A stretch of 64,000 nucleotides of DNA from assembly GCA_963933835.1 (NCBI GenBank), contig CAWVVV010000005.1, positions 60,287 to 124,286 on the forward strand, given 5' to 3'. The stretch comes from an uncultured Puniceicoccaceae bacterium (GTDB lineage Bacteria; Verrucomicrobiota; Verrucomicrobiia; Opitutales; Oceanipulchritudinaceae). Below, one piece after another: positions 19,112-27,440 of this stretch. The notes under the pieces are model-generated. The model was not told the DNA's origin, ran no database searches, and was given only the letters and a program-made list of their open reading frames with translations. Position 1 is the first letter of the stretch, and the number at the start of each line of letters is the position of its first letter. The position numbers were made by a program, and so were the translations under genes.

Positions 19112-20113
19112 ATGACATCTGCCACCGATTCTTCGGTCATCATTAAAGGAGTTGGAGCCTATGCTCCTTCAAAAATCCTCACTAACGATGACTTAGCCAA
19201 AATGGTCGATACCTCGGACGAGTGGATCCACACCCGCACCGGTATTCGGCAACGCTACATTGCTGGCGAGCAGGAGCCCACCAGTGTAATGGCGACCAGG
19301 GCCGCCGAGGCCGCGCTCGAGAATGCAGGCCTAGAAGCAACGGATATCGAACTCATTATCGTCGGGACAGTCACACCTGACATGCCGTTTCCTAGCACTG
19401 CGTGTTTAGTTCAGAAGAATCTCCAAACGCGAAAAATCCCAGCGTTCGATATCGAGGCGGCCTGTTCAGGCTTCATCTATGTCATGGACGTAGCCGCAGC
19501 GATGATGCGTGCACATGGATACAAGCACGCCCTGATCATCGGAGCGGAGAAGATGAGCAGTATCACCAACTGGGAAGATCGCGCGACGTGCGTGCTTTTC
19601 GGAGACGGTGCCGGCGCTGCCGTCCTAAGCCTCGACTCCACGCCTAACACAGGGCTGCTCAAATCAAATCTTGGGGCCGATGGTGCATCGGCCGACATTC
19701 TTCAAGTTCCCTCCCTCGAAGAAACCGACCCTGAGGCGGCAAAAAAGGATGGTAGCCCCGCCAATGCCATTCAGATGCAAGGGAAAGAAGTCTTTAAGAG
19801 CGCAGTTAAGGTGATGTGCCAGAGCGCTATCGACATCATCGCAGACTGCAACCTGACCGCCGACGACATCGACCTAATCATCCCACATCAGGCCAATAAT
19901 CGCATCATCGAGGCCCTCTCCCAACGCCTTGCCGTCGAGATGGAACGCTTCGTCATCAATGTAGATCGCTATGGCAACACCTCAGCAGCCTCGATCCCAA
20001 TCGCCCTGTCAGAAGCCTATCATGCCGGGCGGATTAAATCCGGAGACAAAGTTCTCATGGTTGCCTTTGGTGGTGGACTGACCTGGGCAAGTGCCCTCAT
20101 CCAATGGCAGTAG
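19112..20113 (+). CDS. fabH: Beta-ketoacyl-ACP synthase III
   Basis: Motifs DTSDEWI, AACSGF, FGDGAGA, PHQAN, GNTSAASIP, FGGGLTW. Confidence 0.96.
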   Translation: MTSATDSSVIIKGVGAYAPSKILTNDDLAKMVDTSDEWIHTRTGIRQRYIAGEQEPTSVMATRAAEAALENAGLEATDIELIIVGTVTPDMPFPSTACLVQKNLQTRKIPAFDIEAACSGFIYVMDVAAAMMRAHGYKHALIIGAEKMSSITNWEDRATCVLFGDGAGAAVLSLDSTPNTGLLKSNLGADGASADILQVPSLEETDPEAAKKDGSPANAIQMQGKEVFKSAVKVMCQSAIDIIADCNLTADDIDLIIPHQANNRIIEALSQRLAVEMERFVINVDRYGNTSAASIPIALSEAYHAGRIKSGDKVLMVAFGGGLTWASALIQWQ

Positions 20114-20131
20114 CGTAGTAAGAGATATCCC

Positions 20132-21241
20132 ATGATCAAAAGACTCACTCCTTTCTCCCTTTTACTTTTTGTTCTGATCGCACCGACGGCTGACGCTTCA
20201 TGGTGGTGGCCTTTTTCCGCCCCACCGCGAGATGACTCAGTAGCCGAGCAAACGGTAGATTCCAAGAAGCTCTACGAACGCGCGCTCAGACAGCGGGCAG
20301 ATAACCGGCTCTCAAGTGCCGCGAAGAACTTCAAGACGATCTACAAGAAGTATCCCGGGGCCGACTTTGCCGCCGATGCGACCTTTCAGTACGGAGAGAT
20401 TAAGTTCCAAAAGAATTCATGGAAAAAGTCCTTTCTGGCCTTCCAAACACTCCTCATCAGGCACCCAGACTTTGAGAACTTCGACCAGGTCGTCGATTAC
20501 CAGTTCCGAATCTCTCTGAATCTCGCAAATGGCGTTGGCCAACGCTACCTGTTCATCTTCCCGCACCGTGCTTGGGAACGCTCCGCTTCTTACTTTGAAG
20601 TTCTGATTCAAAATGCACCCTACAGTGACCTAGCGCCCTTGGCCTTGATGAATGTCTCGCTCATTCACCAACACTCGGGCAACACCGCACGCGCTGTCGA
20701 TGCGCTCGACCGCTTGATCAATCTCTACCCAGAAAGTTTGCTCGCCGATGATGCTTACTTGGAGCTCGGCAACACCTTCGCTAGCCTCAACGACGGCCCC
20801 CTCTACGATCAAGGTTCGACCCGCGAAGCGTTGAGCTACTACGAAGACTTTCTCGTCCTGTTCCCCGATCACCCAGAGATTGGACAAGGTGAAGTTGGCC
20901 TGAGCGCAATGCGCAACGCCAACGCCCAGAGCAAACTGGTCATCGGTGAATATTATTACCGCCACCGGAAGTGGTATCAGGCCGCTGAGATCTTCTTCAA
21001 CGAAGCCATCACGCTCGCTCCTGAATCTGAAGCCGCCAGTGAAGCCCGAGAATACCTCGCAAAAATCGAAACGAAGGGACTCAAAATAGCCGCTGCCGCT
21101 GCCAATGCACCCAGCAAAGAAAACGTCCTCCGCCCTCGCACCACTTGGGTAGAGCGCATGATGTTCTGGAAGAAAAAGTCCCACGATGGCGGCACAACCG
21201 AAACTCAAGCTGTTGACGAAATCTCCCCGTCGGAATCCTAG
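20132..21241 (+). CDS. bamD: BamD-like TPR outer-membrane assembly protein
   Basis: Signal peptide, repeated TPR units ending in YP, DQGSTREA motif, IGEYY C-terminal helix; adjacent to an lptE-like gene. Confidence 0.75.
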   Translation: MIKRLTPFSLLLFVLIAPTADASWWWPFSAPPRDDSVAEQTVDSKKLYERALRQRADNRLSSAAKNFKTIYKKYPGADFAADATFQYGEIKFQKNSWKKSFLAFQTLLIRHPDFENFDQVVDYQFRISLNLANGVGQRYLFIFPHRAWERSASYFEVLIQNAPYSDLAPLALMNVSLIHQHSGNTARAVDALDRLINLYPESLLADDAYLELGNTFASLNDGPLYDQGSTREALSYYEDFLVLFPDHPEIGQGEVGLSAMRNANAQSKLVIGEYYYRHRKWYQAAEIFFNEAITLAPESEAASEAREYLAKIETKGLKIAAAAANAPSKENVLRPRTTWVERMMFWKKKSHDGGTTETQAVDEISPSES

Positions 21242-21256
21242 ACCCCTTTAACGCCT

Positions 21257-21760
21257 ATGCCACGCTTCGCCTTTCTTTTCTTCACCATCCTCTTCGGAGC
21301 CCTTGCTGGCTGTAGCCATTACAAGTTAGGCACCGAAAGTGACGGAGATTTGACTGGACGGATATTTGTTGCGCCGGTCTTAAACGAGAGTGAAGCCCCA
21401 CAGATCCGCGCCCTTCTAACGGATCAAATTCGCCGCCAATTTTCGAACCACCCCAACTGGCGCTTAGCCTCGTCGCGAAGCGATGCCGACTATCTACTCG
21501 AGGTAACAGTGATCGAATTCAGTCAGGCGATCGCTGCCGTTAGCAGCGTTGATACAGGTCGAGCAGCCTCTTACGACCTCAGCATCAGCGCTGCCATTGT
21601 GTTGACCACGAGCAGCGGAACAGTGGCAGATCAGAATACGGTCGAAGCTAGAACCGTGCTATTTGCAGTCCCCGGGCAGCCAGAAACGATTTACCAAGCG
21701 ATGCCGGGCCTGAGCCAGCAGCTCTCAGAAGCGATTGTCCGCGAAGTAACCTTTCACTGA
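21257..21760 (+). CDS. lptE: LPS assembly lipoprotein LptE-like
   Basis: Lipobox LAGC followed by YKLG; ADYLLEVTV; C-terminal amphipathic helix LSEAIVREV. Confidence 0.75.
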   Translation: MPRFAFLFFTILFGALAGCSHYKLGTESDGDLTGRIFVAPVLNESEAPQIRALLTDQIRRQFSNHPNWRLASSRSDADYLLEVTVIEFSQAIAAVSSVDTGRAASYDLSISAAIVLTTSSGTVADQNTVEARTVLFAVPGQPETIYQAMPGLSQQLSEAIVREVTFH

Positions 21761-21872
21761 AGCCAGACCCATCCGCCTCAAACCTAGAAGGCGGCGAAGA
21801 GAGTCGCTCCGAAGCATTGGTTTATGCAATTAATGCGCGACAGGTCATCGGGCTTGGTTAAAACTAGAAACC

Positions 21873-23651
21873 ATGCCCCTCCCGAAGACTGATCGCAGCG
21901 CTTTTTGCGTTCTATGCCTGCTCCTCACCTCTTGTTTTACCGGAGCCCTACACCCTGAGACTCAAGTCGTAGGAACCCAAGCTGAGCTCTTTTCGGCCCT
22001 CGAGCAGATCAAAGCCGGTGAGACCGTGCAGCTGGCTTCAGGGACATGGGAAGATCTCAACCTCGTCCTCGATATGGAAGGGACGGAGGAAGCACCCATC
22101 CATATCATCGGTGCGGCAGATGGTTCGACCGTCATTACAGGCATCTCTTCGATTCAAATTGGCGGCGATCACATCGAGATCGCCAACTTACACTTTCGCA
22201 ACGCCGAGCCACCTGAGAATTCACGCACGCGCAATCAAGTCAGCCAAGGGGTTGTATACGAGCCCGTAAACCGAGCTAGAGTTGGAGGCCAACGCGACGC
22301 ACTGGTCCAATTTCGGATTGGGAAAGAGGACTATGCTCAGCACTGCCGTATGACCAACTGTTGGTTTGAGGACTGTAATCCAGCTGACCCCGACCGGCGC
22401 TATATGTGGGTACGACTTTACGGGCGCGAGCACCGCATCGATCATAACCTATTCTCTGGGATGGAACACAGGGGCGTCATCATCCAAGCCGTCATAGTTG
22501 AGGATGACGCTCAGCACCGGATCGATCACAACCACTTCCTTGATCGTGCTCCCGGCGACAGAAACAGCTTCGAAACGATACAATTCGGCCATAGCTACCA
22601 CTCTGAAAAAGACGGAAACAGCATCATCGAGAACAACCTCTTCGAAGCCTGCGATGGAGAGACTGAAATCATCTCGGTCAAAACCTGCGGGAACATTATC
22701 CGCGGCAACATCTTCTATCGCTCCCGCGGCACCCTCACACTTCGTCACGGCGACAATAATTTGGTCGAAGGCAACAGCTTCCTCGGCGAGAACAAAGCAG
22801 GCGCCGGAGGCATCCGCATCATCGGCCGCAACCACCGCGTCGCTAATAACTACTTCGAGGGTGTGTCTGGAACAACCGGTGCCACCATCGTCATCTATAC
22901 CGGCATCCCCGACTCCCCGCTCAACGGCTATTTCGAAGCCCATAACGCCGTGGTCGAAAACAATTTCATCTACAATGCACACGGCAATGGCATCCACCTA
23001 AACGGAGGCTATGGCGCTCGAGGAAGAACCCTCTTTCCAAAGAACGTCACTGTAGCGAATAATCTGATACACCTCTCGTCCAACTCCCCTGTGCAAATCA
23101 TCGGCGAACTGGATGATGCCACCCTCACCGGCAACGTCCTCGCCGAAGGCAACGAAACAGGCCAACGTAGGATGGAGGGGTTCACGGTTAAGAAGCTGTC
23201 TTTTGAGCGGAAGGATGATGGATTCCTTACCGCCCTCGATGAGACCGGCAGCGCTGTCTTCGAATTCAGTGGCCAAGCGCCGCGCCTACTCGAGCGCTCT
23301 GAGGTCGGTCCGAACTGGCTAAGCCCGTTGAAGCCACTTGGAACGTGGAACCCAGATTCAACTGCGCACCCAGATCAAATAACGCGACCACGACTCACCC
23401 CTCACGCTCGATCAGACTCTGAAGAGCTACTTGCTGGGAACCGTTCGAGAGCGGCCAATCTTGAGTCATCATTCCAGCCGATCGGAGAAAATCCTTCAAA
23501 GCATTCTGCAAATCGCCCGGCCACCAATGCAGCCAATGGGTATAGAGGTCTGGCTTATCAAAATGCACCGCAGCGAGCGGTAGCAGCCCATCGATCAAGA
23601 GTGTATCCGCGCGCGGAGAAGCAACTTGGTCCGACCAAACCTCTCCGGTGA
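21873..23651 (+). CDS. Polysaccharide lyase family 6 (alginate lyase/chondroitinase B-type beta-helix)
   Basis: Signal peptide; GTEEAPI, HRIDHNHF, ETIQFG, NNLFEACDGETEIISVKT (catalytic Lys), LTLRHG (catalytic Arg), GGIRIIG. The last ~90 aa look non-homologous and overlap the convergent gene. Confidence 0.88.
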   Translation: MPLPKTDRSAFCVLCLLLTSCFTGALHPETQVVGTQAELFSALEQIKAGETVQLASGTWEDLNLVLDMEGTEEAPIHIIGAADGSTVITGISSIQIGGDHIEIANLHFRNAEPPENSRTRNQVSQGVVYEPVNRARVGGQRDALVQFRIGKEDYAQHCRMTNCWFEDCNPADPDRRYMWVRLYGREHRIDHNLFSGMEHRGVIIQAVIVEDDAQHRIDHNHFLDRAPGDRNSFETIQFGHSYHSEKDGNSIIENNLFEACDGETEIISVKTCGNIIRGNIFYRSRGTLTLRHGDNNLVEGNSFLGENKAGAGGIRIIGRNHRVANNYFEGVSGTTGATIVIYTGIPDSPLNGYFEAHNAVVENNFIYNAHGNGIHLNGGYGARGRTLFPKNVTVANNLIHLSSNSPVQIIGELDDATLTGNVLAEGNETGQRRMEGFTVKKLSFERKDDGFLTALDETGSAVFEFSGQAPRLLERSEVGPNWLSPLKPLGTWNPDSTAHPDQITRPRLTPHARSDSEELLAGNRSRAANLESSFQPIGENPSKHSANRPATNAANGYRGLAYQNAPQRAVAAHRSRVYPRAEKQLGPTKPLR

Positions 23652-24609
23652 TTGATTTACGCAGCGCACCCAGTTTTAGCCGGCGACGATAGGCCCGGGC
23701 GCATTCCTCCGCTTCCCCAGCGCGGTCATCGCTTTGAAGAATCTCAGCTAAGCGATCTGGCCAGTTGGGAACCGTCGTCACGAGTCGCGCATACTGTTCT
23801 AAACGGCGGCGCGGATGATTGGCAGGGCGATTGCCTTGTAACTGCCAACGTTTTTCGCTAAAGCGCTTTTGAAGTTCATCGGCATCGACTGCCTTCCACT
23901 TCGACAAAGGAAATTACAATCCGAGCTCCGCCATGGGTCCTCGGTTTCGACTGTATCCAAGGATTTCGAGGGCGGCTTGATGGCAGGCCTCAGGCCAACT
24001 GCCAGCCGCATCTAGGCGTTTTTGGGCGTAGTGGCATTTCTGCTTCCAGCGCACCGAGGCAGCCGCACGCAGGCGTTCGCGTCGCTCGGGCAATGAAAGC
24101 TGAAGCAGCGGCGCAGCGAGCTCGAGCGGATCAGTTTGTTCGAGCGCAAAGAGTGCATCCTGCATCGCATAGGCCTCTAGGCCCTGCATCAGTAAAGGCG
24201 CGAGATTGAGCAAAGGGATCTCGCGACCCGTCGAGGTGCGACACGGGGGCGATTTACCCGCTCCGTCAAAGAGCACAACATGCAGCACAACCCCATCAAA
24301 GGTCGGATTCGAATCGTGCTGATGGGCTTTCCAGTCACGCTCATAAAAATGAATCTCGACGTCTCCTAGGATCCGTTGCCCCGCCAGCTCGATTTCAGCT
24401 CCGATGAAATCAGGACCGCCGAGGCGATTCCATCGACCGGTCTGAATCACTTTAAGCGACCGCCCATCCGCGACCTCGAGCCCTTCTTGTCGGAAATCCC
24501 GCCGCTGCCAGATTTTCTGCACGAGCAATTCGGGGATTCCCACCGGCCCGTAAAGGCCAGGAACCTCCGCGATGGCCAAGTCAGCCGCGTTGATCGGGGG
24601 TTGATACAT
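23395..24609 (-). pseudogene. DUF2851-family protein interrupted by an in-frame TAA
   Basis: N-part has GRWNRLGGPDF, GDVEIH, HQHDSNPTFDGVVLHVV; C-part has RPANHPRRRL. Both ORFs (23914..24618, 23395..23907) are in one frame, separated by TAA at 23914-23916. Confidence 0.75.
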
Positions 24610-24812
24610 CAATGCCAACTCCTCTCTCCAAATAGCACATCGTTGACTCCCTCACCTCCGACCTTCAGGTCGCTATGCACAACGGACCACGCATGTGCTC
24701 GGAAATCACCATCGATGAGAAGACTGCTGGCCGGATTCATAGAATGAGAATGATGGTTGCAGGAAAAAAAGACGGAACTTAGCTTCGCTTAAACTAGTCA
24801 CTATCGACTGTC

Positions 24813-26495
24813 ATGGAAGACCCAATTTACGTTATCGGCCACAGGAATCCGGATGCAGACGCGATCTGTTCTGCAATCGGCTACGCTGCCTATAAACAGG
24901 CCCTCGGACAAACTCAGTTTCAAGCCGCTCGCTGTGGAAACTCAAATACGCGTATCGACTGCATCTTGAAAACATTCGAAGTCCCCCTGCCGCAATTTCT
25001 GGGCGACGTCACTCCGCGCGTGAATGACATCATGGTGAAGGGCGTGCACAAGATTCGGAGCGATGCCGTCTGCGCCGAGGCGCTCATTATGTTCGACGAA
25101 CATGACGTGCGAACCCTCCCTGTCGTCGATGATGAGAATAAGCTCTGTGGTATCTTAAACGTTTTCGACCTCGGCCGATTTTTCATCCCCCGTCCAAATC
25201 AGTGCCAAGAGATGCGCAAGGTTGTCACGAGTATCAATGACATCGTCCGCGCCCTTGACGGTAAGATTATCCACGCCGTCGAGCCTGATCGTGAGGAGGA
25301 AGTCTATGTCCGCATTGGTGCAATGGATATCCGTTCGTTTGGGAAATACTATACGAAAGAAAGCGATCTTGCACAGCAAAGCATCATCGTCGTCGGTGAT
25401 CGCTACGACATTCAGCAGCGCTCGATTCAGCTCGGGGTGCGCATGGTTGTCATCACGGGAGACCTTCCGGTGGATGACGATGTCGTCAGCCTCGCGAAAG
25501 AAAAAGGGGTCAGCATCATCAGCAGCCCGATCGACTCGGCCAGCACATCGACGCTCATTCGCAGTGCCACGCGAGTGAATAAAGTGATGCATGCCGCGGT
25601 TTCTAAATTTGGACCTGATGACCGCGTAGACAGAGTTCGCCGTAAGATTAGAAACATAGCAACGCCAGCGCATGTCGTCGTCGATGAAGACGAGAGCGTC
25701 TTGGGCGTTTTCACGAAAACGGACTTGCTTAAGCCTTCCAGTATTTCACTCGTTCTCGTCGACCACAATGAGATCGCTCAAGCTGTCCCGGGTGCCGACA
25801 AAGTCACGATTCTTGAAATCGTCGATCACCACCGCTTGGGCAACCCTCCGACCGAACAGCCCATCCTTTTCGTCAACCGTCCGCTCGGTTCGACCTCGAC
25901 GATTGTAGCAGAAATGTTCCTACGAGACCGGATCGACCCAAGCCCAGCCATCGCCGGTGTGCTCATGGGTGGAATCATATCGGACACTTTGAATCTCAAG
26001 GGGCCGACCACCACCCCGACGGATGGCTACATCCTCAGCTGGCTCGAAAACATCGCGGGCATCTCTGGTGATGACTTCGCCGAGAAGATCTTCGCCTCTG
26101 GCTCGGTCATCCTAAGCGAGACCCCCGAGAACGTCATCCGCTCGGACATGAAGGACTACACTGAAGGGGATGTTCGGTTCTCTGTTTCGCAGGTCGAAGA
26201 GCTGGGCTTCGATAACTTCAAAGACCACGATGACGCCCTGATCGCAGCGCTCGAAGATGTGCGCAAAGCGGGTAACTATTATTTCTGTGCCTTGCTCGTC
26301 ACCGACATCAACACGCAAAACTCGCTCTTCCTCATCGCGGGCCCTGACGAATTTATCGAGCTCGTAAAGTATCCCCATAAGACGCAGGACGCCTTTGAGC
26401 TCAATGGTATCGTCAGTCGCAAGAAGCAGCTAATTCCCTACCTCATCGGTTTGATGCGGGCAGCGAACGAATCCGTCGAATCACTCTCGTCGTAA
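24813..26495 (+). CDS. ppaC: Mn-dependent family II inorganic pyrophosphatase with CBS and DRTGG insert
   Basis: Motifs GHRNPDADA, LVDHNE, VDHH, ISDT, SRKKQ; inserted CBS pair and DRTGG-like VVGDR segment. Confidence 0.92.
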   Translation: MEDPIYVIGHRNPDADAICSAIGYAAYKQALGQTQFQAARCGNSNTRIDCILKTFEVPLPQFLGDVTPRVNDIMVKGVHKIRSDAVCAEALIMFDEHDVRTLPVVDDENKLCGILNVFDLGRFFIPRPNQCQEMRKVVTSINDIVRALDGKIIHAVEPDREEEVYVRIGAMDIRSFGKYYTKESDLAQQSIIVVGDRYDIQQRSIQLGVRMVVITGDLPVDDDVVSLAKEKGVSIISSPIDSASTSTLIRSATRVNKVMHAAVSKFGPDDRVDRVRRKIRNIATPAHVVVDEDESVLGVFTKTDLLKPSSISLVLVDHNEIAQAVPGADKVTILEIVDHHRLGNPPTEQPILFVNRPLGSTSTIVAEMFLRDRIDPSPAIAGVLMGGIISDTLNLKGPTTTPTDGYILSWLENIAGISGDDFAEKIFASGSVILSETPENVIRSDMKDYTEGDVRFSVSQVEELGFDNFKDHDDALIAALEDVRKAGNYYFCALLVTDINTQNSLFLIAGPDEFIELVKYPHKTQDAFELNGIVSRKKQLIPYLIGLMRAANESVESLSS

Positions 26496-26521
26496 GAGCT
26501 CCGTTGCTTGAGGGAGAGCGC

Positions 26522-26555
26522 AAAAAAAATCCCTCCAGCTCTGCGCTGAAGGGAT
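26522..26555 (-). terminator. Intrinsic terminator of the minus-strand PEP-CTERM gene
   Basis: Minus strand ATCCCTTCAGC-gcaga-GCTGGAGGGAT followed by a T run. Confidence 0.75.
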
Positions 26556-26591
26556 CGAAAAAGAAAGAAAGAAAGAGACTCGTTGGGTTGC

Positions 26592-27184
26592 CTACGGTCG
26601 GCGACGGCGGCGTGAAGCCAGTCCGACTAGAAAGACGGTGAGCCCCAAGAGTGCTGATGAAGGCTCAGGAATCGCCGCGAAAGAAAAGAAAGTCATGTGA
26701 CTCAGACTACCGCCGGGGACAGACCATCCACCGAGCTTAGTGCCTAATTCCGAGACGAAAACATTCGAACGTTTCACCCCAGGAGGGAGACTGGGAACAT
26801 TGCCGCCTTTAGCGACAGCTCCATACACAAGTCCGTTCGCTTCCCAAGTTCCTGCAGCGCCTGATCCACCAACGACATTTTTGACGAAGACATCGATGTC
26901 GACCGTCCCGTCAAAAGAAGCGCTGATCGTTCCGGCATCATTAAACCCAAGCGTACCAAGATAGACGACGTCCGCGATCACTTTGTCCGGATCAAATTGG
27001 CGATTCCAGAACTCCAAAAAACTGCTGCCTCAGCCGCAACTGGATTACCGCCGCTATAGGTATCGGTAGCTGAATAATCGAAATCATTCGGCCCCGGTAA
27101 AGCCGTGATCGAAGGAATATCGAGGCCAGCTGATAGACTTCCAGCGGCCAGAATAAGAGAAGATATTATAGATACAGTTTTCAC
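26592..27184 (-). pseudogene. PEP-CTERM surface protein, frameshifted at a T6 run
   Basis: Signal peptide from GTG 27184 (VKTVSIISSLILAAGSLSA) is in one frame; the C-terminal IPEPSSALLGLTVFLVGLASRRRRP is in another. The frames join if the T6 run (27016-27021) is T7. Confidence 0.75.
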
Positions 27185-27440
27185 AGTTAGGACAGATTGA
27201 CAGATCTGAAGTAGGAATGGACCACAGAATACGTGGATTAGCAATGCAAAATAGTTAGATTAACGAGATTTACTAAGTATTTTACTTTATAAGCAAAACT
27301 CATCCTCGAAGCGTTTTGACCCGTGGTGGAGCAAAAAAGTGGGCCGTCCCTCCAGAATTGTTCGACGCGAGGACAATTGAGCCCTCAATAGGTTTTCCGA
27401 CGCGCCAACCGACGCTCGGTTCGTAGCTATCCCCGTTCCT

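Noticed and set aside
26557..26579. Short GAAA purine tract next to the terminator
   Set aside because: Too short to call a repeat element; consistent with an ordinary pyrimidine-rich 3' UTR on the minus strand.
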